Shown here: positions 1 through 8,422 of the stretch, in pieces
Numbering within the stretch: the first letter of the stretch is position 1
Layout: each line of letters opens with the position of its first letter
Origin: an uncultured Rickettsiales bacterium
GTDB taxonomy: Bacteria > Pseudomonadota > Alphaproteobacteria > Rickettsiales > JABDBP01
Direction: 5' to 3'
Assembly (NCBI GenBank): GCA_964450945.1
Contig: CAYVHI010000001.1
Coordinates: 93,316 to 157,315, forward strand
DNA: 64,000 nt
The notes under the pieces: generated by a model
Told to the model about the DNA's origin: nothing
Database searches by the model: none
Seen by the model: the letters and a program-made list of their open reading frames with translations, nothing else
Position numbers and translations under genes: made by a program

Positions 1-131
1 GGCTTTATAATATTTCCGTTACTGGGCTCGTGTTTCACGAACCATCAGGGCAGTAACGGTAAACCTCCAAGACCTGAAATTCATTTTCAGGGCTGTTCGT
101 GGCAGCAAATCCACGGGAAAGGAGGGGACCC

Positions 132-260
132 ATGAAGGCGATTACCTTAATCAAGGTCAAGATCGATGGGCGGTGGTGCTGCCTCCGCCGGGCTTGGACG
201 TTCAGAGGTAAGATCCTGTGGGTCGAGGACTGCTACCCGGCGGCCCTCTACAAGCTGTAA
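132..260 (+). CDS. small ORF, 42 aa (MKAITLIKVKIDGRWCCLRRAWTFRGKILWVEDCYPAALYKL), unknown function
   Basis: Not in the ORF track (<60 aa). The ATG is preceded by GGAGGGG a few nt upstream and followed 15 nt later by a hairpin plus T-tract. All five Lys codons are AAG, unlike neighbouring host genes. Confidence 0.35.
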   Translation: MKAITLIKVKIDGRWCCLRRAWTFRGKILWVEDCYPAALYKL

Positions 261-275
261 GTGACTATAACTGTT

Positions 276-306
276 GCCACCCTCCCTGGGGTGGCCTTTT
301 TATTTT
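276..306 (+). terminator. intrinsic terminator after the small ORF
   Basis: GCCACCC / loop TCCCTG / GGGTGGC followed by CTTTTTATTTT. There is no T-tract in the opposite orientation. Confidence 0.6.
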
Positions 307-868
307 AAAAGTCGTGCATTTTGGAGATTTCAAACTGATTCCCGAACGGGTCCTTAAATAATATGCTCAATATCTTTTCATCGAACAATGCATCAATTAC
401 AACTTGCGCCCCCAGTTCCTTTGCGCGCTTAATATAATCCATGATTTCGGTATCATAGAATTCAAACACCGGCACGCAGTTTGTACCACTCCAATGTTCA
501 TGGCTCCTATCAAGCTGCAGGGTGAAATGCGAATTGCCAAGTTTAAATTTACACTGGGTATTACCAGATTTATATGGTTCCATTCCGAATAGGGATTTAT
601 AGAACTCCCTGGATTTTTCCAGGTCCCTCACTTTGAAATATACATCCCTTATCCTAAATACTATAGGCAGCTCAGAAATCTTACCTTTTATTATATCTTC
701 CCTTCTTTCATCGCCGCTGCGTACTTCATCTTCCCTGCGCTCTTTGCCGCTACGACGTTCCGGCAGCATCCAGTTTTTGTTATCACTTTTACGCCTGTCG
801 CGCATAACCCGGCGGTTTTTCTTACCGCGACGGGCATATCCTGAGCGCTTTTCAATATCACTTCCCAT
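305..868 (-). CDS. VOC (glyoxalase/bleomycin-resistance fold) family protein with Arg-rich N-terminal extension
   Basis: The C-terminal ~120 aa (FRIRDVYFKVRDLEKSREFY...FKDPFGNQFEI) resembles the VOC fold. The N-terminal 60 aa is basic low complexity with repeated ERRSGKERRED / EVRSGDERRED. Confidence 0.65.
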   Translation of the reverse strand: MGSDIEKRSGYARRGKKNRRVMRDRRKSDNKNWMLPERRSGKERREDEVRSGDERREDIIKGKISELPIVFRIRDVYFKVRDLEKSREFYKSLFGMEPYKSGNTQCKFKLGNSHFTLQLDRSHEHWSGTNCVPVFEFYDTEIMDYIKRAKELGAQVVIDALFDEKILSILFKDPFGNQFEISKMHDF

Positions 869-887
869 TTTTTCCTATTAACTTAAT

Positions 888-1430
888 TTAAACAAAAACA
901 GAAGAGTTTTTAAGTGTCTTATAGGCTTGGTTGATCACCTTAAACTTTTCTTCCGCCGTCTTATCACCCCCATTAATATCTGGATGATACCGTTTTACCA
1001 AAGCTTTGTATCTGGCCTTAATACGCTCAAGATCAACCGGGTATTCTAGATCAAGAACGGCTAAAGCATCTTTTTCCAGCTTTGGGATTTGGATATTATC
1101 ATTTCCTGAGTTAATGTGAAAGAACATATCAAAGTCAAAAAGCTCAGGGTTATAAGAAAGTTTATAATCGCGGATTTTCTTGGTTGGGCGGTGGCCGGTC
1201 ATGGCCTCCTTTTGGAACCTTTCTATTTCTCTTTGTGTCATGCCATCAAAGAAATCCCACGCGTTGTTATATTCACGCACATGATTAAGGCAGAAATAGA
1301 TAAGGTCTTTTGTACCCTCATCAGAAATGCTCCGGCTTTTTGGCGCCGGATACTGGGCATGCTGCTCACAGCCATGCCAGCCGCACCTGCCATAATTCCT
1401 TTGTTCTTCCTGTCTCCTTCTTTTTGTCAT
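888..1430 (-). CDS. J-domain (DnaJ-like) protein
   Basis: C-terminal J domain with an HPD motif (IKARYKALVKRYHPDINGGD...FKVINQAYKTL). The N-terminal region is Cys/His-containing. Confidence 0.75.
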   Translation of the reverse strand: MTKRRRQEEQRNYGRCGWHGCEQHAQYPAPKSRSISDEGTKDLIYFCLNHVREYNNAWDFFDGMTQREIERFQKEAMTGHRPTKKIRDYKLSYNPELFDFDMFFHINSGNDNIQIPKLEKDALAVLDLEYPVDLERIKARYKALVKRYHPDINGGDKTAEEKFKVINQAYKTLKNSSVFV

Positions 1431-1594
1431 AACCTTTTAAAAATACCATAAAAATTCAAGGCTGACAGCCATAATATGCTGGTTTATATAAGAATTTATG
1501 CTTGACAAATTTCGCTGTTCATTTTTTTTGCTGGTTTCAATATAAATAATTGTTTGAATACGGCACAGATGCTAAAATATATGGGTATAAATTT

Positions 1595-2380
1595 ATGGGT
1601 CTATTCAGTAAAATAGGTAATATCCCTTATATAAAACCACTTGTTGTTCTGGCAGCTTCTTTTATTCAGGGTCATGCGGCGGAAAAAGATGAAGCTCCCA
1701 ACAAAGAACCTGAAAAACCTTCTTTGGTGAAAGTTCTTGATAATCTTGAGAACGAAGAAGCTGGTGAGGTAGAAAGATCAGATAATTCTGCCGCCGCCAG
1801 CGAGAAACCGGAATTCATTTATATAGGCTCATTAGAACAGATGTCTGTCATGGCCAAAACTTATATAGATAATGTTAATTATCCGGCGCCGAACATAAGT
1901 TCGGTTAGTCCTGAACTTAATGAAAAACTTAGTGCAGCGGTTGAAGCAACTAACCGGCAACTAGATCTTTTTATCAACGCGCTTGTTCGGGGCGCAGACA
2001 TAAAAATCTTGCGCGATCAGAAAAAATATCTTGATCAGAGAGTTGATAACGAGCGCGTTCTTACTGCGCATGCCATGCCGCTTATAAGCAAAGATCCATT
2101 AAAGAAAAAATTACTTGAAGAGGAAGATCAGTACTTGAATAGGATCGTTAAAGATTCAAATAATCTCATGCGCGAGCTCGAAAAAATTCATAAAACTGAT
2201 AAGCGCCCATTCTCAATAAATGAAAAACCTGAAGGTATCGCAAAAGGGCTTGCTAATGAAATGGCCGCTGCCGGAAAATCTGCCGGTGGGTTAAAATCTT
2301 CTGATACAAATGAAGTTACTGTTCCTGCTTCTATCACAGCGGCCATAAAGAAAGCTGTTGATAACACAAAACAGGTTTAG
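1595..2380 (+). CDS. hypothetical secreted/coiled-coil protein
   Basis: Track ORF 1550-2380. The ATG at 1595 gives MGLFSKIGNIPYIKPLVVLAASFIQGHAAE, which is signal-like. No family recognised. Confidence 0.5.
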   Translation: MGLFSKIGNIPYIKPLVVLAASFIQGHAAEKDEAPNKEPEKPSLVKVLDNLENEEAGEVERSDNSAAASEKPEFIYIGSLEQMSVMAKTYIDNVNYPAPNISSVSPELNEKLSAAVEATNRQLDLFINALVRGADIKILRDQKKYLDQRVDNERVLTAHAMPLISKDPLKKKLLEEEDQYLNRIVKDSNNLMRELEKIHKTDKRPFSINEKPEGIAKGLANEMAAAGKSAGGLKSSDTNEVTVPASITAAIKKAVDNTKQV

Positions 2381-2643
2381 TTATTTTTCTTGATTATCTC
2401 ATCAAGCAGGGTGCCGTTGGCTTTTTTCTCTTTAGCTGAAACTTTTGCCATTTTCCTGCCCTTGGAATCCCAACGGTAGGTCGTGACCACAACTTTTGTT
2501 CCGGTGGTTACGATATCACCATTTTCAAGCTGCAGCACATCAAACCCCTTTTTCAGGGCTTCAGTGATTATCTCGGAAGATTTCCTGAGATAATCGGGGT
2601 TAGACATTACATCATCACTATCTGCGCCTGTTTTTTTTGCCAT
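2377..2643 (-). CDS. hypothetical small protein
   Basis: Track ORF 2377-2658 has a GTG start. The ATG at 2643 has an AGGTGA SD about 11 nt upstream. No family recognised. Confidence 0.45.
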   Translation of the reverse strand: MAKKTGADSDDVMSNPDYLRKSSEIITEALKKGFDVLQLENGDIVTTGTKVVVTTYRWDSKGRKMAKVSAKEKKANGTLLDEIIKKNN

Positions 2644-2741
2644 TGTTGCTGATATCACCTACTGGTTAATTTTCTATTAATTATGAAACCAGTTATGGCA
2701 GTTAATGTCAATCAAACAATGGTTAACAAATTTCATGCAAA

Positions 2742-2776
2742 CAAAAACCCCGCCGTTTTATGGCGGGGCTTTTTTA
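2742..2776 (-). terminator. bidirectional intrinsic terminator downstream of 2793-4208
   Basis: CCCCGCC / GTTTTAT / GGCGGGG flanked by an A-run on one side and a T-run on the other. Confidence 0.65.
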
Positions 2777-2792
2777 ATTGATCTTTTTTATT

Positions 2793-4208
2793 TTACATTT
2801 TTGGGGTTGGAGTCGCTGGTTTTGGTGCCTTAGTTTCATATTTTAAGATAAAGCTGTCCACTTTATTTGCAGTCTTGTCCCGATTGAATTGGGAAGGACT
2901 GTAATTTAAAGTGTTTGGTTTGCATATACAATTCACACCACCCACCACCGCAGTAGGATTGCAAACTAAAGATATATCAAGGTTATTCTTAGCCGGGGTA
3001 TGAGGTACCGGGCAATCATCCTCAACTTTTACCTGGTCTTCAATCATGAATCGTGGTGATAAACCAAATATTAGGTGGGGTTTAGCTGCTGCCACCATTT
3101 TCCTTGATTTAGGATCATAATAACGGTTAGCTGGTAAAACATCATAATCATAATTACAATAATGCGCCTTTACACTCGATTTATTAAACTCAGCATCATG
3201 CAGGTTGACCCCCGAATTTAAAGGTTTTAGGTCGTAAACACTTTTTTTCAGAAAACTTTTATATAAAGATGAGAAAAAAGGAGTTCCATCAATTGCTGCT
3301 TTTTCCTTAAGCCTTATTGTAATGTCAGTATTTTGTGGACAAGTTTGCAGGTTTACAGTTTCATATTTCAGTTTACTGTAATCAAACTTCCTATTCTCAT
3401 CATTTTGCGTGTCATCAACCAGAACCACATAGAAATTTGATCCGGTTTTGTCGTCTCCTGATTTTATATGAAGGTTTTTTCTTGTTGCATTAGCTTCAGC
3501 AGCTCTACAAGCAGCTTCGGCATCAGCAAGTGCTTTTTTAGCTGCTTCAAGTTTTTCTTTTGCTATTTTACAGATTTCAGAATTTATATTACCGTGAGTA
3601 CACGAAACACTTTCTCTTATTTGAGCCAGGTTTAGTTCCCTCTTTAAATCATCGATCAAATCCCTATGACTTCTTAACGTACTTAACGTATTATTACCTT
3701 GCCCATTATTCTTCAGGAACGCATCATAATCAGCTTCAGCAGCACGAATTTGTTTTTCTAACGATTCAATTGCTTTTTTAATAGCATCACGATCATTTCC
3801 GGACAATCCTGTATAATCCATCATTTTTTTAGCTTCATAATATCTTTCTTTTAAAATTCTAATACGTTCCTCATGATCTTTTTTGGTGAATTCTAATCCA
3901 TTATTACTAGTGTTGACAAACTCAACCCCATCAAGGTTGCAGGTATCATCATCTAAAATTTTATCGTTCATGTTATTATCAGCAACATTGCTGTTATCGG
4001 CATTATTAGTGTCTGAATCTGCCATGCCGCCGCTACCACTAGCTTCCGCGTCCGGCATGGTTGCCGTATTTTCAGGAATATCAACTCCCTCAGGCAGGTC
4101 AACCTGCTGTGAAACAGCTGTGCTTGAATATAATAAAGCTAAAGCTAAAACTGTAAAAAAAGATACTTTCCTGAACATATATTTTCTCCCTAAATGCGCC
4201 GTTTTCAC
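2793..4208 (-). CDS. secreted Cys-motif protein, paralog of 4297-4974
   Basis: N-terminal signal peptide and a coiled-coil middle. The C-terminal motifs YCNY, DDCP and CxC are shared with the neighbouring gene. Confidence 0.65.
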   Translation of the reverse strand: MKTAHLGRKYMFRKVSFFTVLALALLYSSTAVSQQVDLPEGVDIPENTATMPDAEASGSGGMADSDTNNADNSNVADNNMNDKILDDDTCNLDGVEFVNTSNNGLEFTKKDHEERIRILKERYYEAKKMMDYTGLSGNDRDAIKKAIESLEKQIRAAEADYDAFLKNNGQGNNTLSTLRSHRDLIDDLKRELNLAQIRESVSCTHGNINSEICKIAKEKLEAAKKALADAEAACRAAEANATRKNLHIKSGDDKTGSNFYVVLVDDTQNDENRKFDYSKLKYETVNLQTCPQNTDITIRLKEKAAIDGTPFFSSLYKSFLKKSVYDLKPLNSGVNLHDAEFNKSSVKAHYCNYDYDVLPANRYYDPKSRKMVAAAKPHLIFGLSPRFMIEDQVKVEDDCPVPHTPAKNNLDISLVCNPTAVVGGVNCICKPNTLNYSPSQFNRDKTANKVDSFILKYETKAPKPATPTPKM

Positions 4209-4304
4209 TTTTAACTGAGGGGATATTATCTGGGCCTTTCTACCAGTGAATTTTTAGAGAGCTGGTAACCCCGGCAATATCCTTTTCCGTCTTTTTCTAC
4301 ATCA
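4208..4304 (-). pseudogene. relic copy of the valS 3' end (non-functional fragment)
   Basis: About 90% identical over ~96 nt to 5194-5289, which encodes the C-terminus of ValRS. Here it is intergenic, and its end overlaps the stop codon of 4297-4974. Confidence 0.8.
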
Positions 4305-4974
4305 TTTTAGCAGGAGTTATTTCATATGTGGGTTTACCATCCGCTCCAACATTTGTACATGAACAACCAGCTACAGGCCTTTGTGGCGTTCCTATATTAA
4401 CTGTCTGGCATTTTAATTCTATATTTGTTCCTTCCGCAGGGCAGGCATCATCTTTCCCTGTTATTATGTGAAAACCCATGCCATAAATATCTACAGGATC
4501 GTTTTTTACATAATTACAATATTTATATTCCCCTTCTTTGTTCAGGATAACATCATTAATAGGATTTAGATTAAATTCATCAGTGGCACCAAGAGGTGTT
4601 GAAACTGGTCTGCCAGGCTTTCCTAGGGTTAATATAAGTTTTTCTACACATACCTCACCCCTCTTTAATGCCCTTGGTTTGGCATTCTTTTTTGGCACCA
4701 GATAAGATTTTCCAGCAGCATTGTTATTTGATACCTGATAATATGTTTCGTCAGTTCCTGTTACTCCTGACAAGCTGCCGCCAGCGCCGCCAGAAGTGCC
4801 TCCGGTGTCAATTGTACGGCCATAATCATGATTAGTTAGGCTATCGGTTTGTCCTGGTATTGAGATTCCGCTTGGCATTGAAACCCCGTCAGGTATAACA
4901 ACTTCTGAAAAAGCATTACCAACACTTAAAATAGCCAATGCTGAAACCGCTAAATAAGATAATTTTCTTAACAT
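4297..4974 (-). CDS. secreted Cys-motif protein, paralog of 2793-4208
   Basis: Signal peptide MLRKLSYLAVSALAILSVGNAFS. It shares the N-terminal P(D/E)GV motif and the C-terminal YCNY / DDACP / CSC motifs with the 471-aa neighbour. Confidence 0.65.
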   Translation of the reverse strand: MLRKLSYLAVSALAILSVGNAFSEVVIPDGVSMPSGISIPGQTDSLTNHDYGRTIDTGGTSGGAGGSLSGVTGTDETYYQVSNNNAAGKSYLVPKKNAKPRALKRGEVCVEKLILTLGKPGRPVSTPLGATDEFNLNPINDVILNKEGEYKYCNYVKNDPVDIYGMGFHIITGKDDACPAEGTNIELKCQTVNIGTPQRPVAGCSCTNVGADGKPTYEITPAKMM

Positions 4975-5138
4975 AATCCCCTCTCTGATTTATACTTAAG
5001 TGTACATTAATATAGTTAATAATAAGTTAATAAAATTTAGTCTTATCCTATCCTGCATATTATTGATTTATATATATAATCAGCGTTAATTGAGGTTAAC
5101 ACCACCCCCCTAAAATACTATCAATTTTAGATATTTTT

Positions 5139-7688
5139 TTAAGCAGCGTCAGCTTTGGAAATTTCCGCTGAAACGGTAAAGGCGCCGTCTTCGCTTTTAA
5201 CTGATGGGATGTTATCTGGGCCTTTCTGCCAGTGTATTTTTAGAGAGCTGGTTACTCCGGCGATATCTTTTTCCATCTTTTTAACATCACCTGCTTCACC
5301 CTGAACATATAAATTGGTGATTGGTGTTTTGATGGAAACTTTTTGTTCTGCTTTAATTTTTCTCACCGCTTCTAAAATCGAAACTGCGGCAATACCGGTT
5401 TTTTCCGCCTGTTCGTTCACAGGATAGTTTGTGGCGATAGGCCAGTTGCCACGCTTATGAATGGAATTTTTGCTTTCAAAAATATGTGAATATAATTCTT
5501 CGGTGATGTGCGGCACAAACGGCGCAAATAATCTTAAAATCCCATCAAGACAATGATAGATTGTATGCGCGGCAGAAAGTTGGCCTTTAGGGTTTTCGCC
5601 TTTCTCGTCATAAGCGCGCACTTTCACCATCTCTAAATAATTATCGCAGAAATCTTTCCAGAAAAAATCTTCGGTTGCAACGCGCGCGTCACAATATTCA
5701 TATTCGCTAAAATCTTTGGTCGCCTTGGTGATTGTTTTTTGTAGCCTCGTTAAAATCCATAAATCGAGCGTTTCATTTATCACGCCGCTCTTCACATCTT
5801 CGGCCGCAGTTTTTTGATTTTTAACTTTATCTAAATGAATGGCGGCAAACTTGGAAGCATTCCAAAGTTTGTTCACCAGCTTCTTGCCGATCTTTAATAA
5901 ATCCTCAGAGAAAGCAGTATCAGCCCCAAGGCGTGAGGTGGATGCCCAGTAACGAACAGCATCAGTCCCCTTCTCTTCTATCAATGCAACTGGTGTCACC
6001 ACGTTGCCTTTTGATTTACTCATTTTTGTTTTATCAGCCGCCAGGCACCAGCCGGAAATCATCAAATTTTTCCACGGAATTGTTTTTTCATGCAGATATG
6101 CTTTCACGATTGTATAGAACGCCCATGTGCGGATTATTTCATGCGCCTGCGGCCGCAGGTCTGCCGGAAATAATTTTTCATGGCGCGCATTATCAATGCA
6201 GAAATCTTTATTTATACCTTTGCTGGATAATTGCGGTGACACGGACGAAGTCGCCCATGTATCCATCACGTCTTTATCTGGTTCCACTTCATCTTTTGTA
6301 TAACCTTTTGGCAAATCAACCAGTGGATTTATCGGTAGAGAATCTTTATCGGCAATTAAAATTTTTCCTTCTTCGCCTTTTCTTTTTGAATACCAGATTG
6401 GAAACGGAACACCAAAATAACGCTGCCTTGAAATACACCAATCCCAATTTAAACCATCAATCCATTGTTCTATGCGGATGCGCATGAAATCCGGGTTCCA
6501 GTTACATTCATTGGCTTTCTTTTTTAAATTTTCTTTTTTATCCAGAACTTTCACGAACCATTGGTGGGTCGGCAGAATTTCAAGCGGAGCACCACTTCTC
6601 TCCGCACATTTCACCGCGTGTTTTATTTTATCCTGCTTCACCAGAAGATTTTGTTTTTTTATTTCTTCTAGAATAATTTCGCGTGCACCCGGATTTTTAG
6701 GGTCAGAATTATTTACTTTTTTTCCTGCTAGAATTTCTTTTAGCGGAGAATCTTTTATTGCTTCACTTAATAATTCTGCATCAAGTTTTCCGTATTTATT
6801 TAGAATTATTTTTTCTTTCAATTTTTGTTTGCGCCACCAGTTGATATCCATTTCATCACCGAACGTACAGCACATAACCAGGCCGGTGCCTTTATCCATC
6901 TTCACTTCATCATCAGGAAGGATTGGAACTTTCACACCGAATAATGGAGTGATTGCGATTTTGCCTTTCAGTTTTTTGTTATAGCGTTCATCATCAGGGT
7001 GATAGAAAACTGCAACACACGCGGGGATTAATTCCGGCCTTGTTGTTCCAATTGTTATTTTTTCTTCGCTGCCATCAACGCCAAAATAAATATCATTCCA
7101 GAAGCTATCAATTTCCTTATCAACGATTTCAGCTTGTGCAATAGCTGTCTGGTCCACCGGGTCCCAAAGCATTGGCTGCAGCTGGCGGTAAACTTCCTGC
7201 TTCTTATACAAATCCAAAAAGCTCATCTGTGAGAGTTTGCGGCTTTCGGCGGAGATAGTTTGATATTCCTGATCCCAATCAACACTCAGTGCTGCGGATT
7301 TAAATAATTTGCGGAATTCATCCTCGGCATCCTTCACCACTTTCTCACATTCCTTGATGAACTCTTCACGTGTCATCTGTCCGGCTTTTTTGTTGATGGT
7401 TTTTTCCACAAGCCGTTCGGTCGGCAGGCCGTTATCATCAAAACCCATAGGGTAAAAAACGTTTTTGCCGATCATGCGCTGGAAGCGTGCCACGAAATCC
7501 GCCTGTGTATATGAAAATATATGCCCCATATGCAGCAAGCCGGAAACAGTCGGCGGTGGCGTATCAATCACATAATTATTTGCGCGTGGCTCGGCCGGGT
7601 CCCACGCATAGGTCTTCTGTTGCTGCCAGTGTTCCTGCCAGCGCTTTTCAGTTTCTTTATGATCGTATTGTTCGGGTAGTGGTTTCAT
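5139..7688 (-). CDS. valS: valine--tRNA ligase
   Basis: 849 aa from the ATG at 7688 (MKPLPEQYDHKETEKRWQEHW). Class Ia motifs are present: LHMGH, KMSKS, DWCISRQRYFGVPFPIW. The track ORF's 80 extra N-terminal codons overlap the DoxX gene and look non-coding. Confidence 0.92.
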   Translation of the reverse strand: MKPLPEQYDHKETEKRWQEHWQQQKTYAWDPAEPRANNYVIDTPPPTVSGLLHMGHIFSYTQADFVARFQRMIGKNVFYPMGFDDNGLPTERLVEKTINKKAGQMTREEFIKECEKVVKDAEDEFRKLFKSAALSVDWDQEYQTISAESRKLSQMSFLDLYKKQEVYRQLQPMLWDPVDQTAIAQAEIVDKEIDSFWNDIYFGVDGSEEKITIGTTRPELIPACVAVFYHPDDERYNKKLKGKIAITPLFGVKVPILPDDEVKMDKGTGLVMCCTFGDEMDINWWRKQKLKEKIILNKYGKLDAELLSEAIKDSPLKEILAGKKVNNSDPKNPGAREIILEEIKKQNLLVKQDKIKHAVKCAERSGAPLEILPTHQWFVKVLDKKENLKKKANECNWNPDFMRIRIEQWIDGLNWDWCISRQRYFGVPFPIWYSKRKGEEGKILIADKDSLPINPLVDLPKGYTKDEVEPDKDVMDTWATSSVSPQLSSKGINKDFCIDNARHEKLFPADLRPQAHEIIRTWAFYTIVKAYLHEKTIPWKNLMISGWCLAADKTKMSKSKGNVVTPVALIEEKGTDAVRYWASTSRLGADTAFSEDLLKIGKKLVNKLWNASKFAAIHLDKVKNQKTAAEDVKSGVINETLDLWILTRLQKTITKATKDFSEYEYCDARVATEDFFWKDFCDNYLEMVKVRAYDEKGENPKGQLSAAHTIYHCLDGILRLFAPFVPHITEELYSHIFESKNSIHKRGNWPIATNYPVNEQAEKTGIAAVSILEAVRKIKAEQKVSIKTPITNLYVQGEAGDVKKMEKDIAGVTSSLKIHWQKGPDNIPSVKSEDGAFTVSAEISKADAA

Positions 7689-7779
7689 TTTTATTCTCAA
7701 AGAGGCTAGTAAATTAGCCAATAAAAAACGCGGAGTCCAGTATTTTTCTTGGAACTCCGCGTTATTTGAGAATAGGGAT

Positions 7780-8409
7780 TTACTTCTTTTTCTTCTTTGC
7801 TTTAGATTTTTTCTTAGGTGAAGCTGCAGCAGGTGCTTCCATAGAGCAGCTCTGGTATTCCGTAACACTGCTTTCTTTTGATTCGGTTGAATCACAGCTA
7901 CCCATACTTGTGCTGCACATTCCGCCATCTTTCCTAAGCGGGCAGTATTTTTTCACCAGTATATGGTCGAGCGATATTTTGCCAGGACCATAGAGGAAAA
8001 TAGTACCAAGCAGGAATGCCCAGTAAACATGCTCATCAAAATGCAGGTAAGTAAATTCTATAACCGCAACCATGGCAAGCATGGCAAGTGCGCCAAGGCG
8101 AGTAAACAGGCCAAGCGTCAGAAGTATAGGGGTAGAAAGCTCAACAGCAGTGCCGAAGAATGCGGCCACTTCGGGCGACAGCACCGGAACTTTGTATTCT
8201 TCACGGAACAAGGCCACGGTTTTTTCCCAGTCATCAATTTTTGTAAGGCCGGATTTCCAGAAGATATCAGCTATCCACAGGCGCATGCCAAATACAAGCA
8301 GGCTCATCAGGCAGGTAGACCAGCATAAGAATTTTGCACAACAGCCTATAAGGCAATCGGTGATTTTACATTCACCTTTTTCTTTATTTGTTTCAGGGCA
8401 GCAGAACAT
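7780..8409 (-). CDS. DoxX-family membrane protein with Cys-rich termini and poly-Lys tail
   Basis: DoxX-like hydrophobic core (FGMRLWIADIFWKSGLTK...LGALAMLAMVAVIEF). It is the last gene of the DUF2282-DUF692-DUF2063 operon. Confidence 0.8.
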   Translation of the reverse strand: MFCCPETNKEKGECKITDCLIGCCAKFLCWSTCLMSLLVFGMRLWIADIFWKSGLTKIDDWEKTVALFREEYKVPVLSPEVAAFFGTAVELSTPILLTLGLFTRLGALAMLAMVAVIEFTYLHFDEHVYWAFLLGTIFLYGPGKISLDHILVKKYCPLRKDGGMCSTSMGSCDSTESKESSVTEYQSCSMEAPAAASPKKKSKAKKKKK

Positions 8410-8422
8410 TTAAATACCTCTC

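Noticed and set aside
1-131. Whether the GC-rich structured segment at the window start is tmRNA, RNase P RNA or SRP RNA.
   Set aside because: I found no GGAAAGUCC-type RNase P core, no tag reading frame ending in ALAA-like residues, and no SRP domain IV motif.
5933-6984. 184-aa and 170-aa + strand ORFs inside valS.
   Set aside because: They are antisense to a well-supported synthetase gene, have Phe/Leu/Ser-rich low-complexity translations, and carry no signals.
7689-7928. 80-codon N-terminal extension of the valS ORF in the track.
   Set aside because: It overlaps the 3' end of the DoxX gene and has no synthetase similarity. The conserved N-terminus starts at the ATG at 7688.
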